Translations under genes and position numbers: made by a program | From: Guillardia theta CCMP2712 | Taxonomy: Eukaryota > Protista > Cryptophyta | Assembly (NCBI RefSeq): GCF_000315625.1 | Contig: NW_005434550.1 | Coordinates: 62,001 to 126,000, forward strand | DNA length: 64,000 nt | Direction: 5' to 3' | Part shown: one piece after another, positions 13,259 to 26,399 of the stretch | Layout: the number at the start of each line of letters is the position of its first letter | Numbering within the stretch: the stretch's first letter is position 1 | Notes under the pieces: model-generated | Seen by the model: the letters and a program-made list of their open reading frames with translations, nothing else | The model's database searches: none | What the model was told of the DNA's origin: nothing

Positions 13259-15423
13259 ATGCAGTCATGGTGCAGCCTGTCATGTAGTAAGACTCTTTCA
13301 ATGCTCGTCTGTTTTCTAACATTCGCTTTCTGCAGCTCTCCTCGTCGACAAGACGTGACCTATGAATATTCACAGCCTCGCTATCATGCAAGCAACGTGC
13401 TTGTCAGCCCTCGCAATCATTACGGTGAGCGTGTCAGGAGACGGGATGTTTCAGCGAGGTGATGAACGTCCTTGCAGTCTTCAGCGCATCCAACAACATT
13501 GTTTCTGGGGTGAGTTGTCTTGTCTGAGTGCGACAGCCTCACACCCTGCAGACGCAATCAAACCGCAGCTCGTTCGAATTTCTTCCGGATTTGAGGGAGC
13601 AGAACACCAGGAGCTCCTTTGACAGCAGTATGCTTGAAAGCAATCGGACGCGATATCTCAACTCGTCTGAGATGGCTTGGCATCCACCTCCCTTCCGACC
13701 TCAAGCACCTGCCCCTGCCCCTGCCCCTGCCCCTGCCCCTGCCCCTGCCCTTCTGAAACGTGTTCCTGCACCTCGTTTGCTCAGAAAAGACGAGATTAGT
13801 GTGCAAAATTTGGCTTCATACCAGTACACAGCCAACCAACTTGATGCAACTAGCAAGACAAGCAAGAGCAATGGAAAGCTTGAACAAGAGGTTCAACCTT
13901 TTCGCTCTTTTCTTCAAAAGTCAAATGATGCAAAACTTGCAATTGATTCAGGCTTGGGAAGTTCGTAAGCATGGCGAGGAGACAAAGTTAGAAACATCAA
14001 AGATTTTGCAGACTGGCCTGATTTTAGACTTTTCCACCGTAGTTTCTCTCATTCGTCGGCAAATTTGACTTTACTTACAGATTGGTGCGATTCGAGTCAT
14101 TTCAGTCCTTCCAGGATCACCTGCATCGACACTTACCCGCATCAAGGCAAAGGATGTAAGAAACTCATCTCAGTGATCATTTTCCAGTCTTTTAATTTGT
14201 CTTGCAGCAAATCATTTCAATTAACAGCAAACCTGTCGAAGATATGAAAATTCCTGAAATCGTAAAAAGCTTTAAAGGTATGCGATAATCAGCTCAGTTT
14301 TGTGATTATATGATGATTGTGCTTGAAGATGAGCCAGATCGGAATTTTGTTACTTTGGAACTCAGGAATGATGAGGGATCGTTCTTTGCAACAATTCCAT
14401 TGTCTATGACGAATAGCAATTTATATTTGTACTCCAATGAAAACTCAGGTATACCAAGACACTCGTCATTTCTGCAATGATGGTTTTCAAAATCAGATGT
14501 TGCACAATCAGATTACATTGGAATTCCCCAGAGATACACGAATGAAGCGTATGTACAATCAAGGAAGCAGATGCAGCGTGAAAATGAGTACGAAGATGGT
14601 GGTCAAAGGAATGCAAATAATCCTCAAGATGAGAATTCAGCCCCCTTGACCTTGGGAGAGGTTTGTATCATCCTCATGGAGAGTGTGCAGTACGTCGAAC
14701 TACAAGGAATGAATTTTCAAAACGCTCTCTTCAACGACATTATGAAAGCTTTCAATTTCATGAACTTTGAACTCGAATTATTGGAATGCGAGAATGGCAG
14801 GGAACCATTCACCATCAAGTGTAGGTTAGCAATGAAGTCCCTCTTGCAGATGGAAGCAGGTCGTTCTAGTCCTCATGGTGGAGAATACCAAGTGATAGAC
14901 TAACCTTGCTGCACAGAATTTGAAACGACTATTCGACGACTGCGCATGAAGAAAGAAGAAGTCTCGAATACTCTCAAGCAACTTCCAGTCACTCGAAGAG
15001 GTAGTTGCGTGGAGCTCTTCTTCTGTATGAAAGTCACTCGCATTGGTAGCAATCTTCTTCAGCCTTGAGTTCACAACGGGCGACAAAATTCTGTTCATGG
15101 ACTCAGATGGTTCATCAGATGAGAACAACTTTAGCTCAGGCAGTTCACCAGGTCACTCCCTCTTGAACCTTCTCTCCCAGGTGATGCCCTTACAAGACTC
15201 TATGAACCTGACGTCTTTCCAGCTGAAAAAAGTCAACATGTCATCAAATGGAGCTTCAGACGAGCTTTACAGAGATTCTCAGAGCGTGAACAGCTCAATC
15301 AATCAAGGCATTGAAAACGAAATTCGCAAAACGTTCGAAGAGACTTCTCAAGTCAAACATGAGACAGAGAAAATGAAGGGAAGAAGCTTGAATCCTGAAG
15401 AATCATTGACGTTCATGACGTGA
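13259..15423 (+). CDS. Multi-exon hypothetical protein with a (PA)n tract
   Basis: Chain of + strand ORFs (13259, 13528, 14571, 15043) separated by short GT-AG introns. No family recognised. Confidence 0.45.
13708..13751 (+). repeat. (GCCCCT)n hexamer microsatellite encoding PAPAPA
   Basis: About 7 tandem copies read directly from the sequence. Confidence 0.9.
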
Positions 15424-15579
15424 GATTGTGGAGAGTAAGTTTGATAATAAAAGGAGGTAACGACCACAAGAATGTATTTACTCCACCCTGTTTCTATTCT
15501 GACTTCACTTCTAGTCTGTTTCTATCTACATTATCAGTCTGCATTTCAAAATCAGATGAAGCGTTATGAGTAGAATTCA

Positions 15580-17410
15580 TACATCAGGAATGAAAGGCAC
15601 ATTGGTTCCTGTGTAAAAGTGTTCCACGAAGTTGTATCTGAATGTTTGCTATCACTGAATCGCTTGCGATAAATGTTTTTCGGCATACTGAATATCATCA
15701 TCGAGGAGACGTTCTTGCAGCTTAACGAGGCTCAAAGCCAATTCAAACTTGTTTAGGCGATTCTCGTTGATATCTCTAAGCACGTCACAAATATCATCTA
15801 AAACCATGTGTTGGGAATTCAAGACGATCTGAGAAGACGATTGTTAGATACAAAAGATTTCAATCTGAATCTACTCCACACCAGCAATCTCCCCATACTG
15901 ATGAGGATAGATGGCAATTGCCCGCTCGCCGATGGTTTGTCTTGCTGTTCCAGGAGCATCACAATAACCTAACAAACGCGACCGATGAAACAAGGAGGAC
16001 CGAGATAAAAACAAATACCATGTCGAATATCAAATTTGAGATGGTGGTCAACACCACACTAAAATCCTTCAAACTTGGATTTACTGACTTCTGGAAAATC
16101 TGGATAAAGGCTCTGTAAATTTCAATATGGCATATCTTTGTTCATACCTGGACGGCAATTACTATCATTCTCCAGGAGGTAGACAGGTTCAAAACAGAAA
16201 AAGCTGTCAGATACAGTATATCCTGCATCCATGTCACTTGACCCATATGCATACATGTGAGATTTTTTTATCAACCTGGATCGCTGGAATAACATGCGAG
16301 AGCAAGATTGTGTTCCAATTTACATTCTTATACATATGTTTTGCTATTATCACGGCAGGAGACAATGCTGCTGTAACGAAAGCAAGGAGGACTCCAATTA
16401 TCACTAGAGAGACCGGTACAGATAGCAAGAAGCATTCCTTCCAGCAAAAGTACAACCATAGCAAGTCCTATCCACATCACTTCAGTCGTGACAAGAAGCC
16501 CACATCCAGACAGACCAGCAGATTGATGTCAATCCACCTGCAACTGTTTCAGCTGTGAAGGCAGTGGCTATCGAGCTACTTCACCTATTCTTTATCATGT
16601 TGTCATCGGTGATCCTCAAAATTCCGGTGTATTGACTCCAGATGTTGTACGCGTACAACGCAAGAGTGGCGCAGGACATGACGGTAGCTGAGGAGTCAAA
16701 ATGCTCTTCTCGTTTGCTTGTCAAGTATCTGTGTGCCTTGAACATCTCAACCATGCCAGCTCATGTGAAACTCGTACTTGAATGTTCCAAATCGAATGGC
16801 TGGACGATCGAGCCCTGGAGCAAGAGTTTGATTGTTGACGACAGCTCCAGCCTCTTGTTCACCTTTCAGTATGACGTTATCAGCAGATCTGCAGATGATA
16901 GTTACAATCAAACGAATATTAATCGCTTTACAGGTCATTCCTTTCTGCTCGCTCCCTCAGTCTTTCGACATATCTCGAGACCAGAGGTTCGTCCTCGCAA
17001 CTCTGAGACCATGGACACGTCGCAATAGTAAGACGTTTTGTCACGCAAGAACATTTCTGCACCTCCAAAGCAACTTCATTCCAGCTGTATAGACATCAAC
17101 TATTGCATGCTCATCGACTTGATCTGACTTACCCCTTCTCCACTTGATCTACTTTTTCAAGCGCTTTGATAAATTCCCAGTACCTGATGCACCTTTTCCG
17201 TTACTGAACTTCAAACCTTCGCTCATACGCTTTTTGTCCAATTTCGCTCCTCTTGCATTCTGCCATTGATGTTGTATCCTGTGAAGTTTTTCAGCATTCT
17301 GTCACAACAAAGATGAAAGTTGTACTTGTCCGTAACAATTCGGCCGATACTTGAAGTGTTTGGAAGGGATGAACTCGGAAAGAATCTGATGAATCATGTT
17401 CATCATGCTC
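15580..17410 (-). CDS. Multi-exon hypothetical multi-pass membrane protein
   Basis: Hydrophobic exon peptides (FLLSVPVSLVIIGVLLAFVTAALSP; LIFDMVFVFISVLLVSSVAF) with minus-strand splice sites. Bounds are approximate. Confidence 0.4.
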
Positions 17411-17972
17411 CACTGAGATGAGAGGCAAGGGAGGAAGGTAGAAGATCGACCTGCGAGTCGGCGATGAATCGCTGTTCTCTGGGAATCATTCGACGTAATC
17501 GAAGCATAGTCACTTTGTGGTAGGCTCCGTCACTGCCAGCGGTGCCCCTCATCCCCCTCAACCTAGTCTACCCCACATGCCTCCACATACCCACGTTCAT
17601 CCACCCCTGGTCTCAGCCTCTGCCAGACCCACTACCCACCCTGCTCCACTACCCTTGCTCCACCCCTTGCTCCACCCCTGGCTTCCCCGCTGGGTGCATC
17701 CCTGGCTTCCTGCAATCCGCTATCCCGCTGCTCGACTAGCCATCCTTGAGTCACTTGCTGCTCCGTCTGCTGGGAACTCCTGTCTTGGAGCTCTTCTTGC
17801 CTCAGTTCCTGCTTTACTCGTGTCTCTTGCTCTCCTCCCCCTTTTCCTCCATCCCATGCCGCCTCGACAGATGGCAGAGGATACCCGAAGTTAACGGTTC
17901 CCCAGGCGAGAGATCTGCATCCATTGCGCGTGATTGCACGCCATGCTTCTAGAAGCTGTTGAGGTGCAGGTC

Positions 17973-20677
17973 ATGGCGATACAAACTGTCGAAGAGATGC
18001 TAAGGAGGAAGTTGGAAGAGTTTATTTCACAGCAAAGGCAATATGCCAAGGTAGAATGTTTCCGACGATCGATGATCGCATCTCGTCTTATAGTTTGCTT
18101 TTACTAAATCAGGTAACTGAGGAGACGCTCGCAAGACTCAAAGCACAAAATGAAGATCTGAAGAGGCAATTAGAAGAAAAGGAAAGATCTGAATCTAGCG
18201 ATTGCTATCAATTAGGAAGGCAAAAGGTGATTGTACGGTGTTTTCCTCGCGTCTCAATGAGATTTATGCCAGAAAATCCAAGATATCGTGTGGAGAGATT
18301 GGATTTATTTAAAGACAGCAATCCCGAGAATCGTTTGCCCAACGTTTTTCGATTGGAACATGTATTGCAGTGCAAGGGCTCGGACGTCCAAGATTGCTCA
18401 GAAGGTGAGATTTCAGCAATCATTTGCGAAATGAATCTTCGAATGCAGTTCCGAAGAAAAGTCTTGCATTTGTTGCAAAGCAAATATTTGATTGTCTGGT
18501 CAGAGGTTTCGGCGAGACAATCAATGCTTTCAAAAGGAATCAAAAGAATGAAAAGGAGGATTGAAATCAGTCTATCGCACTACGCGATCTCTTGCTGGCA
18601 TGGGTCGTCGATGGAAACTCCATGTTTTAAAGGAGAAGAGCATGCCACTAAATGCCTGCCGGTGAGGCAGAAACACTCCCTCTTCAGGATGATGACCGAA
18701 TGGCTCATCAATACCAGAAAGAGATGTCGACAAAGGAGGATTGTAGCATGGTTTGACAACAGGCGATCTTATTTTCGGATAAAACAAGCTTTTACATCCA
18801 TGAAGCACAAAGAAGAAGAATTTGATTCATTATTGATGGACTACTTTCGTTTCAACAACAAATTTTTTACGGAATGGAGAATTCAGTCAGCTCATCAGTG
18901 CAATCTCAGGAAGAAAATTGATTCATTTGCAGAACGCAAGCGTTACATGTCTCGATCAGTTTACTTTAGACATTGGAGTTTCTGCAGAGGAATTGTACAT
19001 GAAATTGACTTGGTATCGACAATTGAGTTTCTTACAACAAAGAGGGCAGATGTATGTACTCGGATTATCAGACTTTTACACCAGGCAACCAAGACACATG
19101 TCATTGAAAATATATTTGATCTTTGGCGACAAAAAGCCAACCGATCCTGCAGCAACAGAAAGCAAGCGAAGAAAACCCGGGTTGCGGTGTCATATCATAT
19201 CTTGCTTGCTTCGTGGTCGAATTGGACTGGTGGATTGCACTACAGAAAAAGTCTGCATATGAAATCCTTAGTGCTTGGAGGGATGAGCGACCGTCAGATG
19301 ATACGTGATTCAATGAGACGTTGGCAGGAGTGCTTGTGGTTTCAAAGAGATCATTCTGAGAGAATGAAAAGAATAGTTGCATTCAAAACAAGAAGGACGA
19401 TTCGATTGGTGTGGTTGAGATGGCGTGAACGTATTTGTGATACAATCCTGCTAATGACGAAAGAGAGACACATTCATCAAGCTCATGATTTGTATTCAGT
19501 ACGGAACTGCGTTCGACATTGGGAATATTGTTCACTTCTCGGTAAATTATTGAAGAAGATTCGCATCACGCTACTCAGGTTATCCACGAGAAGATGGCTT
19601 TCAACTTGGTTTCAAAGGTCGAAACTTTCGTCTACACGATCGACTATCATGAGACAGTTTCATACCAAAAAACTCAAGAGACTGAAACGACGTTCTGTTT
19701 TGATTTGGAAACATCAACATGTACATACTCTTTTTCGAAGGTTTCAGCTTAATCAAACACTTCAAAATCTAGCAATCTTGAAGCTTCAAAGGCAGATTGT
19801 TTCCGAATCACAAAAGAGTGAAGATATCTCCATGAAGGCAAGTGAATCACTATCCCGAAGATTCGATCACAGAAGGAAACGAATTTACTTTTCGTCATGG
19901 GTTGAAGAGTCAAAGTCATTTGAAGAGAGAATTAGTTTATCCCTCTTGACATATGTGAGGTTTGAAAGCATGATGTTGGCCAGAAGTCACATTCCAGTTG
20001 TCTTTGGATGTGCCTTCCTCAAAGTGAAATGGACCATCATCACCAACAAAAACATTATCTCAAAATGGAGAGACTTTGTGCGGCAAAAGAGAAGCTGTCT
20101 TGTAGGATTCTTGCAAACATGGAAACATTTCCATGCGATGAGGAAGAAAATGGAGTTTTTCAAAAATAATTCGAGGTCACAATCTCGCTTCAAAGCGCAT
20201 CCGCTTGTGCATGGCACGAAGTTTCAGAGTGTCTTGAATTCCTTTCTGTTCGAGCAGCATTGCATCATGCGATACAGAATGATATGTTTGGAGAGATGGA
20301 AATGGTTGACCAAAATGAAGAAAGTTTTCAACACGTTTGAACGAAGGATATCTCGCAATTCGACACGGAGAAGATTTTCAGAGTGGAGGACAAAAAGCAC
20401 GAATTCCAACAGCCTTCTAGCAAATCAGACGATCTCGTTGATGGAATGTGATAAGCGGATTCTGATATGTCATTCCATCTCTTGTATGCAAATCTCTGAC
20501 AACCTTGAACTCTTCTTGAACCAGTTCTTCAGCAAGTGGAGGAGGCAGTCTCTTCTTTTGCGATTTTACTTCAGTCTGGCGCTGGTTGAATTCGCTTCAA
20601 CCTCTCGCGGCCCGTGCATGAAGCGACTCTACTTGACGAGGTGGCGATCCTACTGCGATGGCACTTGTTGCCTCTGA
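17973..20677 (+). CDS. Sfi1-like (centrin-binding Trp-repeat) protein
   Basis: Basic ORF of about 870 aa with repeated F/L-x2-W-R/K motifs (FTEWR, FDLWRQ, MRRWQ, WLRWR, SKWRD, QTWKH, FSEWR, FSKWRR, LTRWR). A first exon MAIQTVEE..AYAK precedes a GT-AG intron. Confidence 0.6.
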
Positions 20678-20734
20678 ATCGATTTTCATACTATGATAAA
20701 GACCACAAGTGTTCTCTCAATTTTGAGGCCTTCG

Positions 20735-20915
20735 AGCCGGCTACTACTGACTCTCAGTGAGTGACTTGTGGCGGTGGGCAACGTCACTGCCGTGGCTCAG
20801 TACGGTTACGGTCATGGTCCGACAGCCGGGGCCAGCCACATGCCGGCTGAGTGGCCCCGGCGCCGCGGCCATCCCTGGCCGCCCGGCCGGCCACTACCGC
20901 CCGGCCGCCGCACTG
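20735..20915. other. GC-rich GGCC/CCGG intergenic island B
   Basis: Dense GGCC/CCGG sites. Shares ACTGACTCTCA with island A, CCGTGGCTCAG with island C and GGTGGGCAACG with island D. Confidence 0.6.
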
Positions 20916-21289
20916 TTTGTCCCGGGATAGTTCAACGACTTTCAGTTGCTATGTAACGGCTGCGACGGATTCAAGAAAATGTTGTCGTCCCGACTCATGG
21001 CTGCAGTCACAGGCCACGAAGCAGCATGCTCTAACTTACAGCTGACTTAGAGGGAGAGGGAGAGGGAGGGAGGGAGGGAAAGCAGCAACAGAAGTCAGAG
21101 TCGGAGATAGTGAATAGGATGAAGCATAGAAGTAGTGCAGGGAGTATGACGGTGTCGAGGAAAGGGATGAAAGAGCATCATGTCTAGAATGATCAGATTG
21201 AGCCACAAAAAGGACCCTCATCTGATCTTTTGCTTTTGGTTGCCATGAATCGAACTGGATCAAAAGAAGGGCAGTGAGAAGTAGATGTA

Positions 21290-21445
21290 ATCTCCTATGC
21301 ACCGGATTCGGTGCATAGGAGATCTTACAAGGAATTTGGAATTCCTTGTAAGCAATCGACCAGGCTAAGTTCCAAATTCCTTGTAAGATCTTACTAAAAA
21401 TGTAAGATCTTACAAGGAATTTGGAACTTAGCCTGGTCGATTGCT
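21290..21445. repeat. Three adjacent perfect inverted repeats (15-, 13- and 44-bp arms)
   Basis: Arm pairs 21290-21304/21309-21323, 21324-21336/21340-21352 and 21351-21394/21402-21445 are each exact reverse complements. Confidence 0.95.
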
Positions 21446-21542
21446 CTTTTGTATAAACTCATAACTCGAGGATGTCAAAACTCTAACATATCTCCAGATC
21501 TTTATCAGAATGGCTTGATTTCATTCTGTTTAACATTTGTTC

Positions 21543-23401
21543 ATGGCTTCAGTCTTGAAGAAGCAGGTAAGCAAGAGTCACATGCGATTTCTATCTGATC
21601 ATTATTCAAGACGTTTTCCAAAGAACAACGTCAGAAGCGCAATTATCTGATTCACTGGCTATATATTCGGAAGGAATATGATGAGTGCTTGGAATTGATA
21701 GACGATACTCTCAAGAAAGTGGATCAATTAGCTGAATATCCCTTGTTTATCAAGGTCGTGACTTTTCGATCTACATCTTATGATTCTGATCTACCATCAG
21801 GGTTTGATAACAAGACATCAGGGAAAGATACATGAGTCGCTTTCTTTGTTCCAACAGGCAGGGCAGATCAATCCCAGGAATGTAGAAACGATCAAACAGG
21901 CAGCTCTCCAATGATCCTCAGGTCTTGTTTGACACTTCTTTCAGATCAGCCGATCCTTGTTTCTCCTCGGAAGACACAAGGCTGCTTCTGAAGTGCTGGA
22001 CGAGGCGATCCGGTTGGGCTTCACGGAGGACTGGGAGATCTGGCACAACAAGGGCATGTGCCTGAGCCAACTGAAGAGGCTCGAGGACGCAAAGGACGCA
22101 CTGATGCGAGCGAACTCAATCCAGAGGCACGACTGCACCTTCATTCAGCTTGGCCAGATCCTCACGCAGGAGGAGAAATATCAGGAGGCTATCGATGTTT
22201 ACCTGGAAGCGCTGGAATTTTCGCCGGAGAACCCTGAGCTGTTAGTTGATGGATGAGTTGGTAACTTGTGCTGATTTTCGCTTCAACTCACACAGGTTGA
22301 CCACCGTCGGACTTCTCTATCTCCGCACTGGCGAAAACTTCCGTGCCTTCGACTTCCTTGGGAACAGTCTGACGCATGATCCTCGAAACTCTAAGACAAT
22401 CCTTGCGGCCGGTGAAGACAAGAGTTGTCGCCTGCGGTGCTTGTCCTGATGCATCCATGCAGGATCGATCATACAAGATCATTCCGACATGGACGTCGCT
22501 CTCGTGAAGTATCGTGTTGCTGCTGTTCAGACCCCGAACTCCGCACAGCTGTGGAACAACATCGGCATGTGCTTCTTCGGCAAGCAGGTTGGCCTCCGTG
22601 TGTGCGTCTGCTTGTTTTCACCTCTCCCTCCAGCGGCATGTGGCTGCCATCGCGTGCCTGAAGAAAGCACTTTACCTCGACCCCTTCGAGTGGATCATCT
22701 CATACAACTTGGGTCTCGTCCACCTGCATACAGGTGCTGTATCCTTGGAGAAGACAAGATCTGATGTGAAGCTGCAGAGCAATATGCTTCTGCCTTCCAC
22801 TATTTCAGCTCCTCCATCAACCTCAAGCCGGACTTCCCTTCTTCTTACATGTTCCTCTCCCTCCTAGCACTGACTCCAACGCTCATTTCATGCTGCACCT
22901 CCAGGCAGCTGGCGATCGCTCTGTCACGGCTGGACGACTACGACAATGCGTGTGCCGCATACGAGAAGGTGATGATCCCCTTACTAGTGAGAGCTGAAGT
23001 GGAGCAGGCGATCGAGATGGATAGCGACTTTCTTTTCCACCTCAATTATGCTGTAATGCTTGTGAACAACGGTCAGGTGGACAAGGTGAGAGTCACAGAA
23101 ACATAGAACATGCTGCTTCTGCTGTTGTTTGTAGTGCTAGTGTTAGTGAAGGAGCTCTTCGTGATGTTGCTTGACGTTGGCGATGACGATGATCATGGAA
23201 ATGTCGTCTGTGGTATGTCGATAACGTTGAGCAGGCAAGGGAGCAGTTCGATCAGTTCGAGGCGCTCTATGCAGAGGTTGTTCTCCTGCACCTCGTGAGG
23301 TTGTGCTGACTGGCTTGCAGGCGGACGAGGAGACGAAGAATTCGGACAAAGACGTTGGGGTCATGCGATCACTGCTGATGAATGTTCTTGGGAGAAACTG
23401 A
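21543..23401 (+). CDS. BBS4: Bardet-Biedl syndrome 4 protein (BBSome TPR subunit)
   Basis: Spliced peptides [72 protein letters not shown] and [25 protein letters not shown] are characteristic of BBS4. Confidence 0.95.
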
Positions 23402-23455
23402 CAGATTGACGATGAGTGAAGAAAAATTAGCCTGACAAGACAAGAAGTCATTTCA

Positions 23456-24421
23456 TCATGATGAGTTCATTCTCTTGCACATGATCTTCCACGTTCTATC
23501 TTTGGGAGAGTCGCAGTCTTGTTCAAAACCAACTGCAATGGAGTGTCAGGGTAAAAAGCGACGTCAAAGCCCGCGCACGTCGTTTGTAAAATCTCATCGC
23601 CCCCTCGTTCTCAGTGAAGACTGTCAGGCAAATGGCATCCAGCCCTCGCTCCTTGCAAATATTTTCCACCTGCTCCACGAGCTGACGAGAGCACTAAAGC
23701 AGGCACTTCTCACCGTTGTCATCAAGGCTCGCCCAATTCCGAGCCCCTGGAAGAGAGCGTCGATCTGTATCTCGTACACGTACACCACCTGTTGTTCCCC
23801 GTCACCTCATGTTGGCTTGCAAGCTGCTACCGGCTCGCGAGCTTCTTGTACGTAACGGTAATGGACAAAGGCGATTGGATCCCTGCTTTTGTCCTGGACG
23901 TGATAGGCGATCACGAACCTAGCTCTGCGAGAGACAAGCTCCTCGCGCTTCTTCTCCTCGTCCCAACCCCAGCTGCCTTCATACAGACTCTTCATGTTCC
24001 TCTCCAACAGCATGTACGCCCAAGGTAGCATGTCTCCAAGCGTATCTTGCAGCTCTAGTTCAACATGCTTCTGCTCAAGCTTGCTGTCTGTTCTCGCGAT
24101 GCCCTCAGGTAAGTTCCTCCTGTACGCGTCCTCTATCAACTGAAATCTCCATCAGACCCTGTTTCCATACTTGGATGAATTATCGAATCAAGTCCAGGGA
24201 GGGGAAGGGACAATCGCACTAAGGGAAACTAGAAGCATCAAGGAAACATGGGGAGACAAAGAATCTGAGGTGCGTGTTTTGAGGGGAATGTTGAGAGACG
24301 AGAGGAGATACATGCAAGAGGAAGGATGATATTTTTTGTGTTTCACCTTTCTTGATCGCATGCTCTGCTTCAATCTCGCTCGCTTGCTATCACGCCCTCC
24401 TCCCGAAATGACGCGCTTCAT
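23456..24421 (-). CDS. NAA40: N-alpha-acetyltransferase 40 (NatD)-like GNAT
   Basis: WAYMLLERNMKSLYEGSWGWDEEKKREEL, AFVHYRY, VVYVYEIQI..FQGLGIGRALM, CLTVFTENEGAMRFYKRLGF. Confidence 0.85.
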
Positions 24422-24649
24422 TGCCCGTCCAAGCTCCACAAATCGATGTGATAGGTTGGGCGCGAAACTCGTTTATTACTCAAGTGGAATGGACACATAT
24501 GTATACCAACCCGCCTCACCAAGATATCATATAAGAAGAAAAGGGCAGGACAAAGCAGATAAAGAAGGTGACGAACAAACTGATAATTCTGGCATCAATT
24601 TCAGCCTGATGTCTGTATATTTCAATGTTTACCGAATGTTGTGAATATT

Positions 24650-26120
24650 GATATCCAAAATTGAAACCATGTGTGGTCATTAAGAAGTAACCCCAGATTC
24701 GACAGTCTTAAGGGTGGGTCCTCAAGATAAGCTGACACCTAACAGGCCGGTAGGTCGTAAAGGCAAAAAAAGAACCCAAGGATGGTGCGCTCGAAAGAAG
24801 GGGTAGAGGTCGACAAAAGGAGTGGTGGGGGTTAAGAGCCGGGAAAAGGAGTGGGTGAATGGGGTGATCGAATGTCGGGGACATGAGATGGTGGAAAGCG
24901 AATGGAAGCCGGGAGAGGCGAGGAATCAGGAGGGGACCTCCTCAAGGCACTAGAGAGGGGTAGGGGGAAGGGTAGGGGCAAAGGTGGCGATTAGCGATGA
25001 TTAGAGGCAAGCAGCAAAGGAATTAAAAACACCCAGACAAAGATTAATAGCTTTAAATTCTGTTTAATACTACATATTGAATGGATTAAAAGAGAAAGAT
25101 CAGATTAAGGAGAGAGATCCGTTATAAATTTTGTGCCCAAGTTAAAACAGAGGGGTGGGGTAGTCAGTTCGTTTCGCCCGAACAGACAACTGTGAATGAG
25201 GGTGGGGTGGTCGTAGACCATGGAGCGTATCTCGAGGAAGCTTACCAGTGGGTTGTCAAGATTTGCAAGGGGTGTATGTCTCTCTTGAAGAGGGTAGATG
25301 ATAGCAAGAACCCTGTCAATAGAGATGAGATTTGGGGGATCTGGTCCGGTGGATGAACTTCACATTATTACAAGGGTGGGTAGTAAGCGAAATGAAAGTG
25401 GGTAGGGTGGAGATACAATTTTCGATCAGGAAGGTGGGGTGATCACATGATAGATGGATGGTAGGATGTTCTACAGGTGTCCACCGTGATCTTGACCTTA
25501 TCTCAACTGATGCATCCATTAATAGAGCTTCCGCCCCTATAAACAAACTGCATTTGATTGACCCTACCTTCTCTCAACAATACCCCACCTATGACGGATT
25601 GCGCATTGAGATAGAGACCCCATCATTTATACGTAAATTCATGGAAAAGTGAGGTACAGAGGTGGGGCGAAAGGGAAGACCACCACTTTTGTATACCCTA
25701 CCCTACCCTTCGATTCTGTACAATTTAGTGCATTTGTGTGGTAAACCAATCAAACTTCCGGAATTCAAAAATAGTGTTTTCCATTGTTGTTTTATCGAAA
25801 AGAAACTTTTTCAAAATAGTGTTATCGAAGAAGATTAATTTCGCTTTGCAATTTTATTTTTAGAATATTGATGCATTTGTTACCCCCTACCCTGGACCCT
25901 ACCTTGGACAAATGGGACCCAGCACACTTCAGCGTCCCCCTCCCCTTAACTCTGAGTACCCTCTTCAATCTTAAAAAAATATGTGTGTACCCCCTTTTTC
26001 ATCTTCAAATATACCCCTAGTTGGCCTTCATTATTCTCCACCCCATGTGGGTTGTGGACGAGCAAGAAAACTATACTCATACCCTACCCCGCCCCGGCAT
26101 ATACCCACCCCACAAACGTG
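24650..26120. promoter_or_regulatory. Long divergent intergenic region rich in GGGTAGG/CCCTACC and GGGTGG motifs
   Basis: Non-coding region between NAA40 (-) and the HSF-like gene (+). It is G-rich on the left and C-rich on the right; CCCTACCCTACCC at 25696-25708. Confidence 0.45.
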
Positions 26121-26399
26121 GAGGGACTCATCAATATAATGCCAAGGGGAAGGCAAAGGAAACAACTGAAATCCCGTCTTCCCTTTCCGTACACGCCACT
26201 CCTCCCTTCTGCTCCTCTCCTCTCCTCTTCTCCTCCTCTTCCTTCTTCTCACTCCTATCTCATCCTCTTGCCCTCCAGTCTTCTCCTCGTTCCCTGTCTT
26301 TCGTGCCTTCACGCAACCACTTTCCTTCCTTTGTACTTTCCCTAGTCCTCCTGGTCTTTGTCCCCACTCAACCTTTGTCCTGGATTGCTGCCTCTCAGA

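Noticed and set aside
25696-25708. CCCTA runs as interstitial telomere
   Set aside because: Not tandem TTAGGG/TTTAGGG arrays; the motif is CCTACCC and dispersed.
25750-25830. Possible heat-shock elements (TTCcgGAA, GAAnnGAA) upstream of the HSF-like gene
   Set aside because: Only two correctly spaced nGAAn units are present, which is not distinguishable from chance.
24650-26120. Possible LTR or transposon relic
   Set aside because: No terminal repeats, TSDs or TE-coding remnants found by eye; kept only as a regulatory region.
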